From NCBI GenBank assembly GCA_030704615.1, contig CM060732.1, forward strand, positions 56,730,001 through 56,794,000: a stretch of DNA of 64,000 nt. The letters are read 5' to 3'. Origin of the DNA: Takakia lepidozioides. Lineage: Eukaryota; Plantae; Bryophyta. Below the pieces are notes generated by a model. The model was not told where the DNA came from. It was given only the letters and a program-made list of their open reading frames with translations, and ran no database searches. Made by a program: the position numbers and the translations under genes. How positions within the stretch are numbered: position 1 is the stretch's first letter; each line of letters begins with the position of its first letter. Shown one piece after another: positions 23,232 through 33,380 of this stretch.

Positions 23232-26200
23232 GCTTTTGCTTCTTCGAAGAATTCCGGCTCCAAATCAGCTCCTACTTTCACCATCCTCGGTTCCTCCTGA
23301 GTTCCCACATTTACTTCTCTCACCTGCTCATCAGCTGTGATTGTCCAACCAGTCACCACTTCATCCTGTAAGCTCACAGTGGCTGGTTCTTCTAGGATTT
23401 CTATTTCTCCTTCTCTTTCTTCATAGAAATGTGATGGGTAAATGCTGGTTTCTTCTTCAGTTGGTGTTGCTGTCACTACACCACAGCAGATACCTCTCAA
23501 ACAACTTAGGCTTTCCAGCCGCATCTCTGCAACCTGCTCCCATTCTGGGTGTGCAGCAAATAGGGTAGCTTCCTGCTCCTCATCCAGTCCTCCCTTCCAG
23601 TCATACTCTCTGACTCCTCGAGGTCTTCTTGTAGCAGGTAATCTACTAGATTTCTTTGTGGTAATTTGTATCTCGTGCATCCCATTATGCACAGTTAGTA
23701 ACTGAGAATTCCAGTCATGGAATACCCTTGCCTGTTTCAGCCACGGACGTCCCAATAATAAGGAGTAAGCCTCCATGACTTCATCCATTTTTAATACAGT
23801 TACTGTGATCATAAAGATCATTTTCTGTATCTGTATCTTAACTCCTCTTATTAATCCCAATGGCTGTACACTTCTTTGATCTGCCATTGTTACTGTAAAT
23901 GGGGCTGGTTTCATGTTACTTAGACCAAGCTTCTTCCTTAATTGGTCTGTCATGATATTTACTCCAGAACCACCATCTATCAGTACATCAGTTAGTTCTG
24001 TGCTTCCAATTCTCAATTGGATTACTGGCATAGAATCATCAAAGTCCATGACTGGTTCTCGCCCTTCCGGCTTCACATTATAACTGGTCACCTTGCTGTT
24101 CAGGTCTGTGTTTCCTGTCTCTTGGGCAATTCGATTGATTGCCTGATACAGCCTGTGCCTACAATAAGGTGCCACAGCTAATAGCTGTCCAATGGTAATT
24201 TCTGCTTTGGTCTGACATATTACTTCAGCCAAAGTCTCTTCATTACTTTGCATGTCTGCATCTTCTTTTTTCCTTTCTTCCTCACTCCCCTCTTTTTCTC
24301 CATCCGAATCAGAGGAATCTGCCACAGGAATATCCGTACTCTTTTGCATTTCCCTTATAGTATCTGCCACTTCCTTGTGCAGTTCCTTCTCATCCTTCCA
24401 AGTCTCTTCATCTTCAGGCATATCATTGCCACTTCCAGTCTCATCTTCTTCCTCTTCTACTGGAGGTATTAGTTTGGCTTTACTTCTTGTTACTATCATT
24501 GTACTTACTTCTGGTACAACACATGGCCTAACCATGTGAGCTGCCACCACTGGGCCCTCATTCACAGGAGCTCTCATCTCATTCTGGTGTCTTATCCAGA
24601 ATGAACAGGCTGCCTTGCGATGTCCTGGCTGATTACAATAGTAACATAGCTCTTCACCATTGGGTCCTCGCCCTTGGTCTGGTCTTGGATTATTTCTATA
24701 ATCCTGATTCCCGGGCTGGTAATTCCCCCTTGGATTACCCTGATAGTTGCCTCTGGAATTTCCTTGGTAATTCCCTCTTGAATTACCTCTCCCTTCCATG
24801 CCATTGTTATAACCACCAGACCTACCATAGTGGTCCTGATCATTGCTTCTTCTTGGCTGGGGCTGCACCTGATGCACCCTCACTTGCCTAGGTTCTCTTG
24901 CAGCTGTCCTTCTGTTGTAGTAACAATTCTCAGTAGAATGGTTATCCATTTTACAGATAGTACAGTGTTTCTCCTTCATGTGGCATTCTGTAGTGGTATG
25001 GCCTTCATTCTGGCACTTTGCACACCATACACCCTTCCTCCAATGTGTTGCAGCCTCTGTGGCATACTTCTTCAAGATTTCTTCCAATCTTTTCTCATAG
25101 TTATCCCTCTTCAACTTTTCCTTTCTCTTACTCTTTCTTTTTAGTTCTTGCTCTTCTTCTTCATCTGACTCATCTTCAGAGTCCTCATCTTCCTTTTTCT
25201 CTCTCCTGAGCATTCCCAATTGCTCAATTCTGTTTGCAGTTTCAAATGCCTCCTCCACTGTATTATGGGGTAACATATCCACTTTCTTCTGCAACTCTGG
25301 TCTTAGTCCACTCACAAACCAAGTCTTCTGTAAACCGGGTGCTGGTACTGCAGCCAGCTTTTTCATCATCAATTCCATCTTCTCCATATACTCTTCAACA
25401 GTTTCATGCTTCTTCTGCTTCAGCTGTTGTAAACTTCCATACACTTCATCCTCAGTTTTACTTGTCCTGAACCTATTTCGAAATGCTGTATTCAAGCCAT
25501 TCCAGGTTAGGAAATGATTATCAGGGAATCTTGCATACCATTCACTTGCTTTCTTGATAAGTGAACAAGGAAACAGTCTCATCTTGGCATCATCGCCATT
25601 CTCATTGTTCACTATACACATGTGCTCAAATTGGCTAATGTGTACATCGGGATCCCCTTTTCCTGAATATATTGGAAAGGGTGGTTTTGCCCGTGTTGGT
25701 TGTAACGCCATCTGTGGCCCTACCTTCTGCCCACTGACAGGTGCTGGCACCCTTGCTGGTGCTGGTCCTTCTGGACCTGTTGTTTTTGTGGTGGATCTTC
25801 CACCAAGTGGTGGCCCTTGAGCACTCCCTGCTTCTGGCCCCACGATATTCACAGTATTCCCAGCTTCAGTTGCACTACTTCCCACACTCCCTGTCCCCCC
25901 AGAGCCAGATCCAGGCAGCCCGCCTGATCCCCCTGAGCCGACACCTTCGTTGGCCTGTGATCCAAGTGCTCCACTTGATCCAGGTCCAACGGGTTGGGAT
26001 GTCCTGGTTGTAGTCTCAACCTCAGCTGTTGGGTCTACTTCTTCATATTCTTCCTCTTCCAATTTCTTCTCTCTGTTTTCATCCTCCAAGTTCTGCCCTT
26101 GGGTTTCTTCTTCACTCATGTAACTCAACTGTAATGGTGTTGGAGAGTCTGAACTCTCCGTTGGCTCTGCCACATCCTCATCTCCTTCTTCATCTTCTGC

Positions 26201-26542
26201 TTTAGAAACTGGAGTTCCTGCTTTTGGTGTTCCATGCCAACTCTTATCAAAGATTTCTGTCAAGTCTTTTATCCAAGGATGTACCTCAGATCTTTCACCT
26301 CGTGATTGATCTTCTTCCTGTACCAATTCCCTTAATCTTTCTTGCAAAGAAACAGAAGGAGTGGCATCCAACTCTAGTTCTTCCGGTATAGGTGATGCAC
26401 TTTTTGATCTTGATGGTGTGAGAGGTCCAGATGATTCCCCTATGTCTATTCCTCTCTCCCAAAGATATGGATAATTAGCTTTCAGATAGCTTTCTCTTTT
26501 TGATGAATATCTTTGTCGTCTAGCTTCTCTTTCATCACTCAT
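23183..26542 (-). CDS. gag: Gag-protease of element C
   Basis: Retrotrans_gag-like region, three CCHC knuckles and protease LIDGGSGVNI. Separated from pol by an apparent 1-nt frameshift near 23235. Confidence 0.93.
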   Translation of the reverse strand: MSDEREARRQRYSSKRESYLKANYPYLWERGIDIGESSGPLTPSRSKSASPIPEELELDATPSVSLQERLRELVQEEDQSRGERSEVHPWIKDLTEIFDKSWHGTPKAGTPVSKAEDEEGDEDVAEPTESSDSPTPLQLSYMSEEETQGQNLEDENREKKLEEEEYEEVDPTAEVETTTRTSQPVGPGSSGALGSQANEGVGSGGSGGLPGSGSGGTGSVGSSATEAGNTVNIVGPEAGSAQGPPLGGRSTTKTTGPEGPAPARVPAPVSGQKVGPQMALQPTRAKPPFPIYSGKGDPDVHISQFEHMCIVNNENGDDAKMRLFPCSLIKKASEWYARFPDNHFLTWNGLNTAFRNRFRTSKTEDEVYGSLQQLKQKKHETVEEYMEKMELMMKKLAAVPAPGLQKTWFVSGLRPELQKKVDMLPHNTVEEAFETANRIEQLGMLRREKKEDEDSEDESDEEEEQELKRKSKRKEKLKRDNYEKRLEEILKKYATEAATHWRKGVWCAKCQNEGHTTTECHMKEKHCTICKMDNHSTENCYYNRRTAAREPRQVRVHQVQPQPRRSNDQDHYGRSGGYNNGMEGRGNSRGNYQGNSRGNYQGNPRGNYQPGNQDYRNNPRPDQGRGPNGEELCYYCNQPGHRKAACSFWIRHQNEMRAPVNEGPVVAAHMVRPCVVPEVSTMIVTRSKAKLIPPVEEEEDETGSGNDMPEDEETWKDEKELHKEVADTIREMQKSTDIPVADSSDSDGEKEGSEEERKKEDADMQSNEETLAEVICQTKAEITIGQLLAVAPYCRHRLYQAINRIAQETGNTDLNSKVTSYNVKPEGREPVMDFDDSMPVIQLRIGSTELTDVLIDGGSGVNIMTDQLRKKLGLSNMKPAPFTVTMADQRSVQPLGLIRGVKIQIQKMIFMITVTVLKMDEVMEAYSLLLGRPWLKQARVFHDWNSQLLTVHNGMHEIQITTKKSSRLPATRRPRGVREYDWKGGLDEEQEATLFAAHPEWEQVAEMRLESLSCLRGICCGVVTATPTEEETSIYPSHFYEEREGEIEILEEPATVSLQDEVVTGWTITADEQVREVNVGTQEEPRMVKVGADLEPEFFEEAKACSSNTEMYLLGAMRI

Positions 26543-27258
26543 GTCCCATGTCTTTCATTTCTTTTAATGTGGCAATAACCAAAACTCTCTTTGTAATATC
26601 TCTCGTATATGCCTGGATTTCTTTCAAGCTTCAATGCACCCTTGGCTATACTTGAAGTCTCCGTTACCATATAACCATATGGCAAACAAGTCTGAAAAGC
26701 TGTTCTTGGTGTGAGTTTGATCCACAAAATATCCTTTGGAATCCAATTCTTTACCAGTACAAGCTCTTCATGCATATGAGTATAAACATTCACCTTTCTT
26801 TCTTCCCAACCTTCAAACTCTACTCGTTTAATGGATAGCAACGCTATCACATAAACTAATGTTGGTAACCAACGTGCTCTTCCTCTACAGGCTACCTGAT
26901 AAATCTTTATCACTCCTTTCTCCAGACCCCATTCTGGATCAGCATCATGCACTCGTTTAAGAATATTTTCTTTACATCCGTCTGGCAATTCCAAGAACCT
27001 TTGAAAGAATTGTTTGGACAATCTTTCTTCCTTCGTTCCACAGGGAATTTGATTCACTTCAAACTCTTTAATGGTCCAACCCCCATGATCCCACCAGATG
27101 CCTGTCACATCTGGTTGTTCATGTCCCAGGTCCCCAGTATGGTCGCCAAATGTCGCGCGGCTTTTACTCACCCATCCCTTCGCTATCCGAGGCGGAAACT
27201 CCAAGATAGAAGAGTTGGAAATCTCTAAGTACTCAGCCCGCGCAGAACAATCAGTCAT
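26539..27258 (-). CDS. Upstream ORF0 of element C, unknown
   Basis: 239-aa ORF starting inside the 5' LTR; its stop overlaps the gag ATG (ATGA). Confidence 0.5.
   Translation of the reverse strand: MTDCSARAEYLEISNSSILEFPPRIAKGWVSKSRATFGDHTGDLGHEQPDVTGIWWDHGGWTIKEFEVNQIPCGTKEERLSKQFFQRFLELPDGCKENILKRVHDADPEWGLEKGVIKIYQVACRGRARWLPTLVYVIALLSIKRVEFEGWEERKVNVYTHMHEELVLVKNWIPKDILWIKLTPRTAFQTCLPYGYMVTETSSIAKGALKLERNPGIYERYYKESFGYCHIKRNERHGT
27131..27148 (-). promoter_or_regulatory. Primer binding site of element C (tRNA-Arg-like, tentative)
   Basis: TGGCGACCATACTGGGGA lies 2 nt inside the 5' LTR boundary. Confidence 0.75.
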
Positions 27259-28186
27259 GACCTACAGCTAGTGTATCATGGGGGTGTTTCCTATTTGTTT
27301 CCTTTTCCGCATTCATCTTAGCTACCTTACCATTGATAATTAAGTATCAGTTTGCTTCATCAATTTATCGGTTTCCTTAACTCCTCCATTCAATCCACAG
27401 CTTCACTCAGATCTCTCTACACAGTGTGATTGTATCGTATAAGTATCAGATTATGATTTATCAGGTATCAGGCCGAATCCATTATGTCTCTAATCTGCTC
27501 TACAATATCACTCTAGCTTTGCATATGACAAGCATCTACTAATCCTCTTTTCTCCTTCATCGTGCTCTCCGATCTCCGCTCCCGCCTGTCTCCGAAGTCC
27601 TCCCCGAATAATGATCCCCTTCCTATTCCCCGTTCTTCCCTTTATCCTCCTATCCGCGGTTCTAACCGTTTCCCTCTCTAACCGTCGTATGTGAACTAAC
27701 ATGTTCCCTTCACTGGTGTTGTTCCCCACAGTCGTTCCCTGTCCTACTCTTCGTTCCCTATTATCGTGACAGCTGTGTCAAGCGGTGAGTGGTTGTGTTT
27801 GGCTGTGTCGGGCTGTGACTGGCTGTGTGGGCTGTGTCTGCTGTGACGACTGTGACGGACTGTGTGGGCTGTGTGGGCTGTGACGACTGTGACGGCTGTG
27901 TGGGCTGTGACGACTGTGTGGCTGTGTGGGCTGTGACGGCTGTGTCGGCTGTGTGGGCTGTGACGACTGTGACGGGCTGTGTTGGCTGTGTGGGTTGTGA
28001 CGACTGTGACGGGCTGTATTGGCTGTGTGGGCTGTGACTGCTGTGTCGGCTGTGTGGGCTATGTAACCCCCCTCTACAGTGCGCTGCTGTCACCCCTAAG
28101 GTTCCTGTTTGTCTCAGTCTGTGCAAAAATTAAGGGTACCCTACAGATCCCGTATAAGTGTCTAAGTCCCCTACAGTCCTCTAACA
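27151..28186 (-). repeat. 5' LTR of element C
   Basis: Direct repeat of 14597-15641. Confidence 0.95.
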
Positions 28187-28191
28187 CCTAC

Positions 28192-29330
28192 TCCTGATGG
28201 AGGAGATATGGGAGGCATGGGATTCATGTGCGGGGCAGCACTACAACTAGTGCAGGTGGAGTCTGCTGCAGCCGTGACTCGAGGAGCAGCACGAGTTCCT
28301 GAGCCACGAGGTGCAAAGGTGGAGTTGGATGTGGGGAGGCAAGCCGTCAGAGTAGGCTGCCTCAGTCATTCATATTGGCGGAGACAGTGTCGACGCCATC
28401 CATGAGACCTTGTTCTCGCCCGACTGCTACCGAGGTGGAGATTATTGTGCCATTGGGGAGAGCCACACGGGCAGCACCACTATCTGCTGCCAAGGCTACG
28501 GCAGCTAGTGTGCTGCTGGGGGTGGCCACATCTGTGTGTCAGGCTCCATTGTTCTCGGCTACCATGATTGCGACGCCGGGGGTAAGACCAACTGAAGTGT
28601 TTAGGCTGGCAGCTATACTCTGTGAGAGTGGGGAGGTTACTTCATCTTTTGTGGAGATAGTGGGAGGTGTAGTGCCGAAGGGATCCTCGGATTTGAGGGT
28701 CAAGACTGCCACGACGGCGCTATGGCAAGCTGCAGCTGCCAGGTTGGCGAAGCTGCCAGCTAGGCCAGCCATTGAGCGCGCCATGGTGACACCTGGGGTT
28801 GTCTTGTTAGACAACCAGGAGGGTATTTTTCTGTTTGAGTGGACCAGCAGGCAAGAGGTACCGGCCACTAAGGGTCTTGTTGGACTCGGGAGCTCAGCCG
28901 TTGATGCTGGGCAGAGCTGCTATTGCAGGCTTGGGCCTCACGGAGGCAGATATGGAGTCTTGTCTTTTCCAGATACAGACATCTCTGGGAGGATCGGAGC
29001 AGCTCGAGGCATGACATGGTGTGAGGTGGTTATCAGACTATGGCTGGATCACCCTAGATGGCTCAGTGATGCGAGCTAAGGCCATTGTGACAGACGCGGT
29101 CTCGTACGATGTCCTGGTTGGTGGGGCAGTGTTGTACCCCATGGGCTTCACCCTGGATTTTTGGGAGGAGTCAGCTTCCTATAGGCCTGGATGGCAGTCA
29201 GGGGAGGGCCGGTGTGTGCAGCTCCCTGTGACGTTCATAGGAGGAGTTGCGGTTGCCCAACGGAGCAAGATGCTGACACTCATTCACAGCTGCAGTGACT
29301 TGGCTTGGAGAGTTGCAAGAGGGCAACGTT
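28192..29330 (+). pseudogene. Copy A Gag tail and aspartic protease
   Basis: RPLRVLLDSGAQPLMLG...YDVLVGGAVLYPMGF, read across frameshifts. Confidence 0.8.
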
Positions 29331-29556
29331 CATTCAGACGATGACACACCTCCATGAGAGCAGGATGACATGTATGGTATGGCAGAGTTGTCTGCCATGG
29401 TTGGGGCACGAGCAAGGATTTACAGCGGGTTGCTGATCGACGGGTGGAGGCTTTTGTACCATCAGGAGAGGAGGAGAGTGCGGGGATTGCACCAGGACCA
29501 CCTTAGTTGTCTCCATTGGACACCACACCTATTGTGTGGCAGTATCCGGATGAAGT

Positions 29557-30421
29557 ATTTGTCTTCTCGACTTGTTTGGTAGGATCAGCACCGGATTGGC
29601 TGCTGTGCTACAAGCAGGTGTATGAGTTCGGCGTTACTTGTATGTAGAGAGGGATGAGACTGCACGACGCGTCTCACTTCGCCATGTTGCTCAGTTGGTG
29701 CAGCAGTACCCTGAGTTGTTGCCGGTGTCTGCAGTTCATGGATACCAACAGTTATTACCAGCAGACATTTCGTTGCTAGGGGCGCAAGATTTGGAGCGGC
29801 TTGGCTCCATTCATTTGGTAGTGGCAGGATGGCCCTGCCAAGGACATTCATCAGCCGGGCATGGCAATGGATTGCAAGACTCGAGGTCGGGTCTATTTTG
29901 GGAGATGGTGCGGGTTTTGCGCCACTTACAGCTTCATCAAACTGTATCTCCAACATACATCTGGAGAATATGCCATTATTGGGTGATTCTCGGACCAGGG
30001 TGATGGCCAGTGTGCATCAAGTCCGGTCGTGGCTTGGGTCAGCAGTGTTGCTGGATGCAACTGCAGTGGGGTCACGGACTCATCGCCCACGGCTATGGTG
30101 GACTAACTTGATGCCACCCGCACTGCTCAAGCGTGCATTGGATGGGGTGCAGCAGCCAGCATACCTCACAGTGGATAGCATTTTGGACACAGGGAGGCAG
30201 TCTCAGCGTGTGAGACACGATGACCGTTCGCCTTTGGCAGTGGTCAACAAGGTGGGTCAACCACGAGTAACACTACCTACACTGCTCAGCTTTCCTGGAT
30301 CACATGTGGAGCCTAATGCCGAGAGCGCGAGTGGGCTACGGGTTTTTCCACTGAGACCATAGCGGTGCACTCTCTTTCTGAGGCATCACGTCGTCAGGTG
30401 TTGGGGCAAGCAATGGATCTC
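29557..30421 (+). pseudogene. DNMT3-like C5 cytosine methyltransferase domain of copy A
   Basis: Motif I LLDLFG, motif II YVERD, motif IV VVAGWPCQ, motif VI LENM, motif VIII THRPRLWWTNL, motif X RRQVLGQAMD. Confidence 0.88.
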
Positions 30422-30944
30422 AATTGCTTGACATGGATCATTAGCTTGAGTATGGCTGAGCAGTGCAGGTTGCGGACAACTTCTCCCTTGACAAACTCCC
30501 TGCCTACCGAGATGGTATAGGCAGTGAGTGGGGGCGAGCAGGTGAAGACCACGGGGTGCAAATATCCATGGTACACGTGGGGGGTGCTCGAGGTTCAGAG
30601 GGAGTTGGCAACCACGGTGGCGGTGATGGATGAGGTTGGGGATTCTTCTCGGGTTGAGGAGGTCCTTAAGGATGAGATGATGGGGCATGATGAGGCATTG
30701 TCATTGACAAAGCAGGCAGTGGGCACTGCTCAAGACTCCGAGGTTACAGCATAGCAATCACGGGACGCGTCTCCTACCTCTATGCTGTCTGCTGGACTTA
30801 AGGTTGCAGTTACGGAGGACAATTGGGAGCCTAACATTGGACCCATTGTCATCGGAGGAGAGAGACGACGTATATGGCAGTTCCTGAGGGCTTACAAGAA
30901 TTGCTTTGCCTCTCGTGCTACGGTGGAGGAGCATGAGAGACATG

Positions 30945-31708
30945 TTCGGGTGGTGCATCGACCGGGTTTGGTCAATCGGGATGTGGATGGATTGAGTTGC
31001 AATCCATGCACGAGCCAGCAAGATGACACCGGAGCTCGGTGGCATGGTGAGACGGACGAGGAGATGGTACCGAGATGACATGCATCTGCCTTTTTGTGTA
31101 TCTTGGCATCGGTAGGTCAGGTTGGACCTACAACAAGGATGACTGTAGACGGAGTGTCTGAGGACCCTGAGGCTAGTGATGAGCCAGGTGGTGACAGAGA
31201 TATACATGAGGATTCGGTTGTGTTGGACTACCTCCGCAATGGAGACATGGCAGCCACTGTGACTGCCAAGGAGAGGGATCGGATCCTGCAACGAGCCAAG
31301 AGGTTCAAGTGGGAGGGGATACACCTGCTCTGAGTGTGGGAGGATGGTCGAGTGAGGATTGTGCCTCACCCAACACAACGTGCATAGTTAGTGCGGCATG
31401 CCTATGAGGAGTTGGGGCATTTTGGAATGCGACACACTCATAGTCAACTGTAGGGGCAGTATTGTTGGCGTGGTATGCACACAGAGGTACAACGATTTGT
31501 GGCTAGGTGCATGGTGTGTGACAGGGTGCGTGCTTCATTCAACGCCCCTACACCCCAATTGTATCCTCTTCCGATCATGGGATTGGGCTACAAGTGGAGT
31601 CTTGACTTCGCAGGACTGTTGCCACTGACGATGCGCCACCACAGATATGTGTTGGTGGTGGTGGAGCACTTCTCCAAGTGGATTGAGTTGGTTCCGTTGC
31701 CTGACAAG
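30945..31708 (+). pseudogene. Copy A integrase, N-terminal half
   Basis: HHCC-like region and KWSLDFAG...VEHFSKWIELVPLPDK; cut by the CACTA insertion. Confidence 0.88.
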
Positions 31709-32523
31709 CACTAGAAGCATTCGTGTCTTTTCCGAATCGACTGCATGTCCAAAACCACTGCGGGAACAACTTTGAGATGTTTGTTACTACTGCACAGTCG
31801 TAACGGATAAATTCACATTTCTAATGGCGGATAGAAGTTGCATCAATAACTCCGCAGTCGGCACAATATTCGCGGCGATTTAATTCAATTACGTAAATTG
31901 TTTTTTTTTTAAAAAAACAGCAATTACAAGTGGTTTTAAGCACTAGAGAATGACTCTTAACAACTAGGCATTCATTGCACACCCTATTCAAAAATGGAAT
32001 TTTTATAAGTGCTCCACATGGCTCATGACGTGGAATATTTTAATGTATTTTAGGGCTTGTGTGGCTCATAGAGATTGTTCTAATCGTCGGATGTAAAATG
32101 ATTTAAGGGTGGAAGAGTAACTTTGTCCTTTGCCTGAATTTGTCTAAGTGTTGGGAGAGGGATGGAGGCTTGAGAGAGAGACGAACAAGTGATGCGAGAA
32201 GGACGAAGACCAAATCGAGGCCCATGTCCTGTTGTTGCAAGCGTTTATGGCGTCAAGGGCGCATTATGTGCAAATGTGGGCTCTTGGCTCCCCTTTGTAC
32301 CATGATTTGGTATTCTTCCTGATGATCACAAGGTTCTTGGGGGAATCAGCTTGGTCTTAGCAACCCATATTTTAATCTCTGCCCGCTCAGCTGCACCGTG
32401 GTGGTTCTTACGAACCAATCCCACATTACCTGACTAGAGATACAAGCAGCACGCACAAGAGGTCTTCTTGGATTCATGGTCAGTCTAATCCGCAATGGGT
32501 CATGACACAAGGTAGAGGACAAT

Positions 32524-33380
32524 GTGGTGAGGGCACCTTCTTCTTTGAGCTATTTCAGCCTGTTTTGCCGAGATGTAGTGTCGTGGAGTGCGATGCTTGC
32601 AGGGTATGCACAGCAGGGACGTGGGATGGAGGCTTTGGAGACCTATGAAGTTGCGAAGGGAGAGTTTGATAACATGGCTGAACAAGATGTTGTCTCAAGG
32701 AACACGCTGAATCTCGCAAGATATGGCCAGCATGTGTGCGGGATGAGGGCATTGGAGACATATGAGCAAATGTTGAGAAGAGGTGCAGCCTGACCGGCTC
32801 ACGTTCATTTGTGTTTGCAATGCATGTGCAAACATGGCAGCCCTGGAGACTTGATAAAGGGCAAAGAGGTCCATCGTGACATTGTCAAAGCTGGAACTGT
32901 ACCAGATGTAACAATACCTCGTCGACATGTATGCCAAACGTGGGAGCATTCCCTTGTGGACAAGGAGTGTTTAACAATATGGCCGAGCGAAATGTGGTGT
33001 GGTGGAACGTGATGATCGCAGGACATGCACAACATGGGCGGGGATTGCGGGTTTTGGAGACCTATGAGCAAATGATGTGGGTCTAGGGGGTGAAGCCCGA
33101 GCACATTACGTTTGTTTGTGTTTGTAGTGCATGTGCGAGCCTGTTGGAGAAGGGCAAAGAGGTCCATGGTTGCATCGTCAAAGCTGGAATTGTGGTAGAT
33201 GTCATTCTGAACATGAATACCCTTCTAGATAGGGAGTGTTCAACAATATGGTTGAGCGAAATGTGGTGTCGTGGAAAGTGATGATCGCAGGACATGCACA
33301 ACAGGGGCGGGGATTGCAGGTTTTGGAGACCTATGAGCAGTTGATGTGGGAGGGGGTGAAGTCCGACCACATTACGTTCA
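32524..33380 (+). pseudogene. Captured PLS-class PPR gene fragments (further piece at 36058-36205)
   Basis: DVVSWSAMLAGYAQQGRGMEALETYE, KPEHITFVCVCSACAS..GKEVHGCIVKAG and RNVVSWKVMIAGHAQQG; frameshifted. Confidence 0.85.

Larger units (their letters stand above)
14597..28186 (-). mobile_element. Full-length Ty3/Gypsy LTR retrotransposon without chromodomain (element C)
   Basis: Near-identical TG...CA LTRs, 5-bp TSD CCTAC (14592-14596 and 28187-28191), PBS, PPT, and gag-PR-RT-RH-IN order. Confidence 0.97.

Noticed and set aside
23183-23240. Programmed gag/pol frameshift in element C
   Set aside because: It falls after the protease within a conserved stretch, at a short A-run with no clear slippery heptamer; a 1-nt deletion or sequencing error is more likely.
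29557-30421. Host DNMT gene or bacterial restriction-modification contamination
   Set aside because: The domain is intronless and sits at the same polyprotein position in two TE copies, with no restriction enzyme or bacterial gene context.
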